IMG/VR virus record: IMGVR_UViG_3300045988_132245
Length of the DNA: 39,997 bases
Source of the DNA: a virus
Strand: one strand, 5' to 3'
In this document: one piece after another, positions 16,916-24,265 of the stretch
Layout: every line of letters starts with the position of its first letter
How positions within the stretch are numbered: the first letter of the stretch is position 1
The notes under the pieces: generated by a model
Databases searched by the model: none
What the model was told of the DNA's origin: nothing
What the model saw: only the letters and a program-made list of their open reading frames with translations
Made by a program: the position numbers and the translations under genes

Positions 16916-18384
16916 CCGATCATGACCTCCTGTACTCGGTCCGGGTCTCGTTTGGTTATGGTCGTGCCGTAGAGGGCGAGCGTGCATGCCACGAGCGGGC
17001 TTATGTCGATGTCGCTGCCCATCGGGTTCCATCCGACGGCGCCGGATTTGCCGATGCTGCGTGTGGTGGCGTTGGCCACGGCCGTGGCGAGCGCCGGTGC
17101 TTTGTCGTCCGGCAGGTGGGTGAGTTTGCCGTCTCTGAGCATGTCGAGGAATTTGCCGCAGGCGCGGCCCATGTCGCTGTAGTTGGTGACGATGACTTTC
17201 ACGTGCCGGGCTTTGAGGTCGGCCAGCAGGCTCATGGCGGGTGATTGCGAGTCGATGACCACGCTCGCGGTGCGCGGCCAGTGGTCGGCGATGTAGTCGA
17301 CCGCCCATTGGGTGCCTTTGGATTGGGTGGCCTCGAAGCGGCGCAGTTCGATGTGCGCGGTGCCGTCCCTGTGGTTGACGGCTCCGCCGATGGCCAGCGA
17401 CCTGCGGTCGGGTTTCATGTCGAGCGCGTAGCCGATCAGTCCTTTGATGTTGGGTGTGCCGGTGGCGGCTTTGGCCCATTGTTCGGGGTTGATGGCCTGG
17501 CTGGTGGCGGTCTCGTCCCAGATGCCCAGTGCCTCGCGGCGGAAGCTGTCCTTGCCGAGCTGGCGTTGCATGCGCAGCATGCTGGTTTCGCTGGTGCGGC
17601 GCGGGAAGCTCGGGTTGGCTTTCCTCCATTGGGCGCGGTCGTCGCTGTCGGCGTCGCGGTCGGCGGAGAATTCCACATAGAGCATGTCGTCCTCGCCGGC
17701 GAGCGCCTGGCGGCGGCGTTCCGTGAACGCTTCGCCGGGGTCGGCGGGGCGCGGCGGGGTGCCGATGTAGAGGACGAGCGCGTTGGGGCTGGTGTTGGTG
17801 GCGGGCACCATGTCGCTGATGGCCTGTTCGGTCAGGATCTGCGCTTCGTCGAACACGATGATGTCTACGGCGTCGTTGCCTCGGGCGAAGCCCTGGGCTC
17901 GTGCGCCGAACAGTATCTTGCTGCCGTTGGCGAAGGTGATTTCCTGCATGCCGTTGCCGCCGCGCACGCCGTCGGTGCGGCCGGAGTGGTCGAGGTATCC
18001 GATGAGCGCGGGGTTGCGTACCAGGGTGCGCACGTGGTCGAACGTGTTGCTGTTGGTGCGGTTGTGGTGCGCGGTCCAGATGACGGTCAGGTCGGGGATG
18101 AGCGTGCACAGGATGACCACGAGGCTGGAGACGGTGAAGGTCTTGCCGGTCTGGCGGCAGATGCTCAACACCACGCCGCCGACGGACGCGGCGAACGTGC
18201 CGTCGGTCCTTCGGCCGAGGATGAGCGTCAGCAGTCCCTGCTGCCAGCGGTCGTAGCGGATGCCGCATGCTTTGGCGCGCTTGTTGACCTTGGGGAACAT
18301 GCTGGTGACGATGCCGGAGGGCATGACGATGTGGCGTGCGACCTCAGATAGCTTCGGGTCGGAACTCTCCGTCATCGTCGTCAT
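16912..18384 (-). CDS. terL: Terminase large subunit (490 aa)
   Basis: Walker-A-like motif CRQTGKT, followed by IVFDEAQ (Walker B-like). Size and position between terS and the portal gene fit. The start could be the fourth codon (MTESS). Confidence 0.9.
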   Translation of the reverse strand: MTTMTESSDPKLSEVARHIVMPSGIVTSMFPKVNKRAKACGIRYDRWQQGLLTLILGRRTDGTFAASVGGVVLSICRQTGKTFTVSSLVVILCTLIPDLTVIWTAHHNRTNSNTFDHVRTLVRNPALIGYLDHSGRTDGVRGGNGMQEITFANGSKILFGARAQGFARGNDAVDIIVFDEAQILTEQAISDMVPATNTSPNALVLYIGTPPRPADPGEAFTERRRQALAGEDDMLYVEFSADRDADSDDRAQWRKANPSFPRRTSETSMLRMQRQLGKDSFRREALGIWDETATSQAINPEQWAKAATGTPNIKGLIGYALDMKPDRRSLAIGGAVNHRDGTAHIELRRFEATQSKGTQWAVDYIADHWPRTASVVIDSQSPAMSLLADLKARHVKVIVTNYSDMGRACGKFLDMLRDGKLTHLPDDKAPALATAVANATTRSIGKSGAVGWNPMGSDIDISPLVACTLALYGTTITKRDPDRVQEVMIG

Positions 18385-18784
18385 CCTCCGAATCCTCTAG
18401 CGTCGTCATCCCTTGCGCGGGGTTGCCTTCGAGCCGTTCGATTTCGCGGGTCAGGGCGAGCAGCTGCTTGCTGATGCCGGTCAGGCTGCCCGGCGGGGTG
18501 CCGGCGCTGAACATGGCTTCCTTGAGCCGGGCCTGCGTGCGTTTGAGCACGCTCACGTAGTCCTCGGGCCCGTCGTTCATCATCGCCTCGAAATCGGCGG
18601 CGGTGAGGGCGTCCATCGCCTCGGGCTCATGTTCCACGTCCCCGGCCGGGGCGGGAGGGGTGGTGACGCGGCTCATGCGCTTGGCCCTGCGGTAGGCGCG
18701 CTGCTTGCATTTGGCCGAACAGTACTTCGCTTTCTTGCCACGGCCGGACGGGGTGAACGGCTGGCCGCATTCCTCGCAGATCAC
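18344..18784 (-). CDS. terS: Terminase small subunit candidate (146 aa)
   Basis: GTG at 18784 preceded by GGAGGTG. N-terminal Cys cluster ICEECGQPF..KYCSAKCKQRAYRR, and an acidic C-terminus overlapping terL. The function is inferred from position. Confidence 0.6.
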   Translation of the reverse strand: MICEECGQPFTPSGRGKKAKYCSAKCKQRAYRRAKRMSRVTTPPAPAGDVEHEPEAMDALTAADFEAMMNDGPEDYVSVLKRTQARLKEAMFSAGTPPGSLTGISKQLLALTREIERLEGNPAQGMTTLEDSEDDDDDGEFRPEAI

Positions 18785-18802
18785 CGCGCTCACCTCCAAA
18801 AA

Positions 18803-18844
18803 AACGTAACGGGATAACGTAACGGCCGTCCAAGGCGTTACGTT
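18803..18844. repeat. Three copies of AACGTAACG (two direct, one inverted) upstream of terS; candidate packaging-recognition (cos/pac) region
   Basis: AACGTAACGG at 18803-18812 and 18816-18825. The inverted copy CGTTACGTT is at 18836-18844. They lie in the 134-bp gap between the HNH and terS genes. Confidence 0.45.
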
Positions 18845-18918
18845 TTGACATGCCGGGGAGATATCGGCCCTGCGCCCGAGGGGGCTTCGACCGGGGCGGA
18901 CGGGTCTCCTCCCCACGT

Positions 18919-19272
18919 TCACCACTCGCCGCTTGTCACCAATGGCATCGAGGTGGCCTTCAGGTCGGCCGGGTGCCCCTGTTCGAATGTTTGTTTGATG
19001 TGTTCGCGCGCCCACGCGACGCTGTGGTTGGAGCGGACGCGGTTGCACCAGCGGTGCGCGAGCCGGCAGTTGGAGAACAGGTAGGGCGAGCCGCCCTTGC
19101 TGACCGGGATGATCTCGTCCACCTCGGGCGAGCCCGGCAATCCCGGCGGCAATGATTTGTCCACGGGCCGGCCGCACAGGTGGCACGTGTCGTAGGCCGC
19201 CAGCACGCGGGCCACGACCTGCTGGCGTCGCCAGCCATTGGCATGACGGGTGTTGCCCCGGCGGCCGCTCAT
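18919..19272 (-). CDS. HNH endonuclease (117 aa), packaging-associated
   Basis: Motifs CHLCGRPV...EVDEIIPVSKGG...NCRLAHRWCNRVRSN. ATGA-coupled to the upstream gene. Adjacent to terS, as in cos-type HNH-dependent phages. Confidence 0.8.
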   Translation of the reverse strand: MSGRRGNTRHANGWRRQQVVARVLAAYDTCHLCGRPVDKSLPPGLPGSPEVDEIIPVSKGGSPYLFSNCRLAHRWCNRVRSNHSVAWAREHIKQTFEQGHPADLKATSMPLVTSGEW

Positions 19273-19472
19273 AACCCGGCCTTGTCGCACGACCGCTGCC
19301 AGGCGTCCACGAACGCCTGCACGGCCCGGCGCATGACCGGTTCGAGGGGGTCGACCACGAGATGGCCGGACGGGGTGACGCTCACGGGCACGGGCAGGGC
19401 GTCGATGTCGCCGAGGGTGTTCCCCCTGCACGTGATCTGCAGGCTGATGGTCGGCATGCCTGGCATTGTCAT
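19269..19472 (-). CDS. Hypothetical protein (67 aa), first gene after the terminator
   Basis: Clean ORF, translationally coupled to the HNH gene. No motif recognised. Confidence 0.5.
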   Translation of the reverse strand: MTMPGMPTISLQITCRGNTLGDIDALPVPVSVTPSGHLVVDPLEPVMRRAVQAFVDAWQRSCDKAGL

Positions 19473-19581
19473 GGCGTCATCGCCTCACAATCAAATGAAA
19501 AGAGTGGCGGGGCGAACATCACCGGCGCTTTGGACGTGCCGGCGGAGTACTCTCGCCCCATGCAATGCGGTCAGATACGCG

Positions 19582-19609
19582 AAAACCCAGCCACGTGAGC
19601 TGGGTTTTT
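19582..19609. terminator. Bidirectional rho-independent terminator
   Basis: Stem ACCCAGC/GCTGGGT (7 bp, extendable by A-T pairs) with a 7-nt loop. An A-run lies 5' and TTTTT lies 3', so either strand sees a U-tract. It is 45 nt downstream of the stop of 19654-20421. Confidence 0.7.
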
Positions 19610-19653
19610 CGACACTTCTGCCACTGCAATCATCGGTTACAGTGACAATTTTG

Positions 19654-20421
19654 TCAAGCCGCTCCGCCGATCACGAGTCGGTACACGTCGCAATAGGCGA
19701 GGCCCTGAGGGCTGGAGGGCAGCTTGCCTCGGTTGACCCACACGTTGAGCGTACCCCTACGCACCGGTATCCCTGCATCCGTGAACGCCTTGGCTATCTC
19801 AGCCGCCGACCCTCGCCTGGAATCATCCCAACACAACGTCTTGAGCCTACGCAGTTTGACCGTCTGCGCTCGCTGTTCCCGTCCGCACACGGGACAGGTA
19901 ACCCACTGGTCTGCCGCGCCTGCGGTGAGCATCGTGGCGCACAGCTCGCACGTGCCGATCTCGCGTCGCTGCTCTGGCGGATCCAACGTGAGGTCGATTT
20001 TCCGGGCGATGCCGTTGATGGTCGCCATGTAGAAGCCGGCATCCGCGAACGTGGCGAGCCTGGGATGGCCCGCACAGTCGATAAGCGTGGCCTCGAGGTC
20101 CTCCATGCGTGGATCCTTGTGCCAGTCCAAGGCATCGATGACATCCAAGCAACGCCACAGTTCGCGCGCCGTCGCATCGAGCATGTCCAGCAGGTCGAGC
20201 ACGTCAAGCCTGATAGGAGTCGGGGGAGTGGCCGTCTGGATCCTGACGGGCGCGTGCCCGCCCGGATGCAGGGTCGCGTCCAGCGAGTCGTGCAGTGGCG
20301 TGACGTCGCGCGCGAGTCGCAGGAGCGTGCCGGCGAAGCGCAGCTCGCACGCCGTGCACAGCGCGTACCCGTTTTCGATTATGGTGTTGCAGTTCTGGCA
20401 GTTCACGAAACCCCTCCACAT
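19654..20421 (-). CDS. Zinc-ribbon plus C-terminal HTH DNA-binding protein (about 250 aa); candidate late regulator
   Basis: CxxC pairs (CQNCN..CTAC; CELC..CPVC). C-terminal HTH-like segment GSAAEIAKAFTDAGIPVRRGTLNVWVNRGKL. An alternative start GTG at 20406 has a better SD (GGAGGGG). Confidence 0.6.
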   Translation of the reverse strand: MWRGFVNCQNCNTIIENGYALCTACELRFAGTLLRLARDVTPLHDSLDATLHPGGHAPVRIQTATPPTPIRLDVLDLLDMLDATARELWRCLDVIDALDWHKDPRMEDLEATLIDCAGHPRLATFADAGFYMATINGIARKIDLTLDPPEQRREIGTCELCATMLTAGAADQWVTCPVCGREQRAQTVKLRRLKTLCWDDSRRGSAAEIAKAFTDAGIPVRRGTLNVWVNRGKLPSSPQGLAYCDVYRLVIGGAA

Positions 20422-20448
20422 CGGCTAAACTGGTTGTTTGCTGACATG

Positions 20449-20479
20449 CCCTCCGCCTCGTGTGGAGGGTTTCGTTTTT
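20449..20479 (+). terminator. Terminator-like hairpin with a T-tract, oriented for the plus strand (opposite to the surrounding genes)
   Basis: CCCTCCGC/GTGGAGGG stem with a 5-nt loop, followed by TTTCGTTTTTA. The 3' arm can alternatively pair with 20404-20420. Confidence 0.45.
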
Positions 20480-20494
20480 ATCTGGTATTTCAGT

Positions 20495-20680
20495 TCATTC
20501 CTCGAACAGCGGCGGTTCGATGAACTCGACCTTGCATGGCGGTTTCGGCCGACCGTCGCCCTCGCGGATGATCGCGCGCACCTCCTCCAACGGCAGACCC
20601 AATTGACGGGCCGTATCCGTCGCGCCGTAGCCGCGCCCGTGCCATGCGAGCACCTTGTCGCGTATCGCCTGACTCGTCAC
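20495..20680 (-). CDS. Small HTH DNA-binding protein (61 aa)
   Basis: HTH-like segment GATDTARQLGLPLEEVRAIIRE. ATGA-coupled to 20677-20940. Confidence 0.6.
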   Translation of the reverse strand: MTSQAIRDKVLAWHGRGYGATDTARQLGLPLEEVRAIIREGDGRPKPPCKVEFIEPPLFEE

Positions 20681-20940
20681 TTCGCAACACCTCCCGTATG
20701 CGGATCAATCAAGTCGCATGACATGGCATCGACGCGCTCGCCGGTTCGAGCCTCGATGCATAGGCGGCGAACGTCGCCCGTGGTCTCCACCTGCTGCACG
20801 ATGCGCTGGCTGGGGCCGGTGTCCATCGCGGCGTACGCGGCCAGGCCGATGGCGGATACGATGGCGAGTGCCAGTATCGCGATGATGATGGTGAACAGGA
20901 GTCCGATGGTGGATTCCACCGACCAGCTTTCGCGCCTCAT
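20677..20940 (-). CDS. Small membrane protein (87 aa)
   Basis: One clear hydrophobic helix, IGLLFTIIIAILALAIVSAIGLAAYAA. Confidence 0.6.
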   Translation of the reverse strand: MRRESWSVESTIGLLFTIIIAILALAIVSAIGLAAYAAMDTGPSQRIVQQVETTGDVRRLCIEARTGERVDAMSCDLIDPHTGGVAK

Positions 20941-20981
20941 CGGGTGCCTCCGGCGAGCGCGCTATAAAAACCGGTGGTGAT

Positions 20982-21012
20982 TAATGTAGTTCTGTGGTGG
21001 ACTAATGTAGTT
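20982..21012. repeat. Two direct repeats TAATGTAGTT spaced 21 bp apart in an AT-rich intergenic gap (putative promoter/regulator site)
   Basis: Copies at 20982-20991 and 21003-21012, each preceded by GGTG. The gap is only 76 bp and interrupts an otherwise tightly coupled operon. Confidence 0.5.
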
Positions 21013-21016
21013 TTTT

Positions 21017-21163
21017 TCATGGTCGTATTTCCTTGAGTACGTTGATGGAGCGGAAGAGATAGCCGTCCAGTGTTTGGCCTCTCCTCGTGAGTCCGATGAA
21101 CCGGTGCAGGTCAAGCTCTCCCGGCGTGGAATGCCGCCAGTCGATGCTTTCGCTCACGTTCAT
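21017..21163 (-). CDS. Small hypothetical protein (48 aa)
   Basis: ATG at 21163 preceded by GGAGGA. ATGA-coupled. Below the ORF-track size cutoff as an independent ORF. Confidence 0.45.
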   Translation of the reverse strand: MNVSESIDWRHSTPGELDLHRFIGLTRRGQTLDGYLFRSINVLKEIRP

Positions 21164-21279
21164 TCCTCCGGCTCCTGTGATTCGTTGTAGAAGTCTTTGG
21201 GAGTGATGGTCACGCTGATCTGGCATCCGGCGGCGAGCGCCGCGCTGATGATGTCGGTGATGTTCGTGTTCTCGTTCAT
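21160..21279 (-). CDS. Small hypothetical protein (39 aa)
   Basis: My translation is MNENTNITDIISAALAAGCQISVTITPKDFYNESQEPEE. ATGA-coupled at both ends. Confidence 0.4.
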   Translation of the reverse strand: MNENTNITDIISAALAAGCQISVTITPKDFYNESQEPEE

Positions 21280-21584
21280 TCTGCTGTTCCTTTTTTCTGG
21301 ATTGTTGTGATGATTGCGCGCACCCGGTTGCGGTAGATGGCCTTGTTACCCTCCGGCAGTCTGTTCCAGTCTGAGTCAAGGAGCAGGCCGGAACTGTTGC
21401 AGTCCGAGTAGTAGAGCTGTTCGGCGGCGGCTTCCACTTCCAAGCCGGTGGGCTCCCGCTGAGCGCCGAACATGTACGCCTCCTGCAAGTCGTCACTGGT
21501 GTAGACCTGGGCCAACGTGTCGTGCACGTCGTCCACCGTGCGTTCGGGGTAACGGAAGCACGCCTCCTTGCTGATGATGCTCAT
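21276..21584 (-). CDS. Hypothetical early protein (102 aa)
   Basis: ATG at 21584 overlaps the upstream stop (ATGA). Sequence begins MSIISKEACFRYPERTVDD. Confidence 0.55.
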   Translation of the reverse strand: MSIISKEACFRYPERTVDDVHDTLAQVYTSDDLQEAYMFGAQREPTGLEVEAAAEQLYYSDCNSSGLLLDSDWNRLPEGNKAIYRNRVRAIITTIQKKGTAE

Positions 21585-22189
21585 GATTCTTCCTTGGTTT
21601 TCATGGCGTTGACGGCTGCGAGCGCCGGCCCCGTCATGAGGGTGAGGTAGTGCCGGTATTCCGTGATGTCCCTGTCCAGGCAGTCGTGGACGCGGTGCGT
21701 GGGCTTGGCCCTGTGCGTGTAGGGGTCTCGGCCGAGCGTCTTGGCTGTGAGGCGCAGTGCGGTCAGGTCGAGTGCCCGGTAGGAGAGTAGGTCGTCGATG
21801 CGTTCCGCGGTTGCGCAGAATCTGAGGATTATGGGCAGGTCGAAGCGTTGGATGTTCGTGCCTGCGGGGTGCAGCGTGTACATGCCGCTCATGTCCTTGA
21901 TGAATCTCACGGTCTTCCGTGCGATTGCCTCGGGCGAGCAGTGGACGGGGTCGCTGGTCTCGCATTGGGCGAGCAGACCGTTGTTCAGATGCAGGTCCAG
22001 GGCGGGCAGTTGCGCGGAGAGCATGGTCTCCCGGCTGATGTGGACGACCGCTTCGAGGAGCGCGTGCTCTCGCATCGCGTCCAATGTGGTGCAGCGCAAC
22101 CCAATCTCCAGTATCGAACACTTGTTCGCATCTAATCCGGTGGTTTCCACGTCCATCCACAGCAAAGCGTCTGGTTTTTCGGGGCTCAT
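21581..22189 (-). CDS. DEDDh 3'-5' exonuclease, oligoribonuclease-like, copy 1 (202 aa)
   Basis: Exo I motif LLWMDVETTGLD. Exo II motif HPAGTNIQRFDLPIL. Exo III motif THRVHDCLDRD. It is a paralogue of 23202-23855. Confidence 0.8.
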   Translation of the reverse strand: MSPEKPDALLWMDVETTGLDANKCSILEIGLRCTTLDAMREHALLEAVVHISRETMLSAQLPALDLHLNNGLLAQCETSDPVHCSPEAIARKTVRFIKDMSGMYTLHPAGTNIQRFDLPIILRFCATAERIDDLLSYRALDLTALRLTAKTLGRDPYTHRAKPTHRVHDCLDRDITEYRHYLTLMTGPALAAVNAMKTKEES

Positions 22190-22410
22190 AGTTCCTCCCC
22201 GTGGTCGGCGAGCGCGTCGGCGATGGCTTCGCGGATGATCCGGTGTTCGGCGAGGGTGAAGCCTTGGGGGATGATGATGGTTCTGGTGCCTACGGGTGTG
22301 TCGGGTGGGATGAGCATGGTCACGCTGGTGGAGTCGTCGCGTAGCGTGAAGTCCACGTTGTCGATGACACCGGTCATGCAGGCCGTGTTGTAGGTGTTGG
22401 GGTTGGTCAT
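22186..22410 (-). CDS. Hypothetical protein (74 aa)
   Basis: ATGA-coupled at both ends. No motif recognised. Confidence 0.5.
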   Translation of the reverse strand: MTNPNTYNTACMTGVIDNVDFTLRDDSTSVTMLIPPDTPVGTRTIIIPQGFTLAEHRIIREAIADALADHGEEL

Positions 22411-22790
22411 TGTTGGTTCCTTTCGTGTTCGATGAGGCGGTCGAGGCAGGCGAGGGCCGAGTCGGGGAAGCCTTGCCGGAGTTTCGCCCATGTGTGCGCT
22501 TCGGCGTCGGGGATGGTGGGATCGTTGGCGAGGGTGTCGAGGATGGCGTGTTGTTGGCGTGTCCATGCGATCTTCTCGTCGTAGTCGATGACGCGGCAGA
22601 GGTACCATCGCGCTTTTTCGAGGTCCTCGACGGGCCGGCCCTTGCCGTGGTAGCGCCAGAGGTATTTGATGGCGTTGCCGAGGCAGAAGCTGGTGTCGGC
22701 GGTCAGTTCGATGCACTCCATGCCCGGGTGCGAGCGTGTGTAGTGGTTTGGTGAGTTGACGGGGTCGTTGGCCCATGTGGTGGCGTGCAT
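22407..22790 (-). CDS. DUF3310-like phage protein (127 aa)
   Basis: Pattern NSPNHY..IE....GNAIKYLWRYHGKG..EDLEKARWYL matches my recollection of the DUF3310 family. Confidence 0.6.
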   Translation of the reverse strand: MHATTWANDPVNSPNHYTRSHPGMECIELTADTSFCLGNAIKYLWRYHGKGRPVEDLEKARWYLCRVIDYDEKIAWTRQQHAILDTLANDPTIPDAEAHTWAKLRQGFPDSALACLDRLIEHERNQQ

Positions 22791-22792
22791 GC

Positions 22793-22975
22793 TTACCAGT
22801 CCTTTTCGAGTTCCTGGCAGTCGGGGCAGATGGATGACGTGGTGTCGGTGAGCGGTACGCCGCAGATCGCGCAGATGGTCGGATCGTTGGCCGGTTCGGG
22901 TCGGTGGGCTGCTTCCAGGAGGCGGCGGATGAGTTCGATGGTCTGCGGGGCGGGGGTTGTGGTGTGGGTGCTCAT
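22793..22975 (-). CDS. Small zinc-ribbon protein (60 aa)
   Basis: CAIC...CPDC pairs. ATGA-coupled to the upstream gene. Confidence 0.5.
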   Translation of the reverse strand: MSTHTTTPAPQTIELIRRLLEAAHRPEPANDPTICAICGVPLTDTTSSICPDCQELEKDW

Positions 22976-23205
22976 TGCTTGTCCTTGAGTTCGATGTGTC
23001 CCCAGTCGCATGACGCTCCGCCGGAGGCGTAGAAGCATCGGACGGCCGCGCTGCCGTCGGGCAGTTCGTACCAGCGGACGTATCCGGGGTCGGGGTTGTT
23101 CACGGTGCCCTGGCCGCCGCCTTTGGGTGTTTCTCCGCATGCAGCGAGCGCGAGGATGGCGAGGATCGCCGTGAGGGTTGCGGGTATTCGTTTGCCGGTG
23201 TTCAT
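22972..23205 (-). CDS. Small lipoprotein (77 aa)
   Basis: Signal peptide with lipobox: MNTGKRIPATLTAILAILALAAC|GET. ATGA-coupled at both ends. Confidence 0.65.
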   Translation of the reverse strand: MNTGKRIPATLTAILAILALAACGETPKGGGQGTVNNPDPGYVRWYELPDGSAAVRCFYASGGASCDWGHIELKDKQ

Positions 23206-23855
23206 GATTGGGTTCCTTGGTGTCCGGCTCGCATGATGTCGAGGTAGGCGGTGTAGTCGTTGATGTCCCTGTGGATGCAGTCTTGGACTCGGTGGGTGCC
23301 TGCGTGGTTCTGGTAGGGGTCGCGGCCGATGGCTTGGTCGGTGAGGCGCAGGGTGGTGAGGTCGAGTTTTCTGTGGTGGAGTCCTTCGGCGATGGGGTGG
23401 TTGAGGTGGCGGCTGAGGTGGACGTCGAGTTGGCGTAGGTCGAAGTCCACGTTGGTGCCGGCGGGGTGGAGTGTGTATTGGCTGAGTTGGTCGTTGAGGA
23501 ATTCGTGGATGTTCCATGCGGTGTGCTGGTAGTCGTAGGTGTCCTTGGGTGCTTCGGCGCTGGCGAGCATGAGTCCGTTGGCGAGGTGCATTTCGTAGGC
23601 TTTCAGGAGTTCGGGGTAGTTGGCCCAGTTGCGTATGTTGTCGGGGTGGACGATCAGGTGGAGGCTGTCGTGGGGGTGTTTGCCGGTCATGTCGGTGACT
23701 TGCATGCCGACTTCCAGGAGTTCGCACTGGTAGGGGTCGACGCCGGTGGTTTCGGTGTCGACCCAGAGGAGCATGTCGGGTTTTCTTGGCGGGCGGGGCG
23801 GGTCGAGGGGGATGGTCCGGTGGCCGATGGCGAGGGTTGTCGTGGTGTCGTTCAT
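23202..23855 (-). CDS. DEDDh 3'-5' exonuclease, oligoribonuclease-like, copy 2 (217 aa)
   Basis: Exo I motif LLWVDTETTGVD. Exo II motif HPAGTNVDFDLRQL. Exo III motif THRVQDCIHRD. Colinear with 21581-22189. Confidence 0.8.
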   Translation of the reverse strand: MNDTTTTLAIGHRTIPLDPPRPPRKPDMLLWVDTETTGVDPYQCELLEVGMQVTDMTGKHPHDSLHLIVHPDNIRNWANYPELLKAYEMHLANGLMLASAEAPKDTYDYQHTAWNIHEFLNDQLSQYTLHPAGTNVDFDLRQLDVHLSRHLNHPIAEGLHHRKLDLTTLRLTDQAIGRDPYQNHAGTHRVQDCIHRDINDYTAYLDIMRAGHQGTQS

Positions 23856-24265
23856 TCGTTGCCTTTCTTGATGTTGATGTGGGTGGGGAGGTCTTCGGGT
23901 GGCGGGCATGAATGCCATTGGCCGTCGGTGTCGAGCAGTATCCAGCCGCGCCGGCAGCTGTACACGGGCACTTGGCTTGGCTCGGGGTCGTAGCTTTTGA
24001 GCAGGTAGCCCAATGCTCGGGCTTGTTCGGGGTGTTGGTGGATCCATCCGTGGCATCCGGTGCTGTTGTCTGTGCCGCACACGTCGATGACGTTCGAGGG
24101 GCTGTGCCGTTCGGGGTCGCCGTATGTCTGGCTGCGGCGTTTCCGGTGGTGGTGGCTGCTGCCGGGCCATTCGCCGCCGCGTAGGTATCGGTCGCAGACG
24201 ATGCACCGGTTGTTTTCGCGGCCTTCCACGAGGCGCAGTGTCGCGGCGGTGGGATTGTCGCTCAT
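23852..24265 (-). CDS. HNH-type endonuclease (137 aa)
   Basis: Motifs CIVCDRYL...HHHRKRRSQ...NVIDVCG..CHGWIHQH. ATGA-coupled, with GGAGG upstream. Confidence 0.7.
   Translation of the reverse strand: MSDNPTAATLRLVEGRENNRCIVCDRYLRGGEWPGSSHHHRKRRSQTYGDPERHSPSNVIDVCGTDNSTGCHGWIHQHPEQARALGYLLKSYDPEPSQVPVYSCRRGWILLDTDGQWHSCPPPEDLPTHINIKKGNE

Noticed and set aside
15413-18268. A 951-aa ORF in the track that spans the terminase and portal genes.
   Set aside because: Only its last 500 codons (from ATG 16915, coupled to the terL stop by ATGA) look like protein, namely the portal. The upstream part is an Arg-rich alternative frame of terL.
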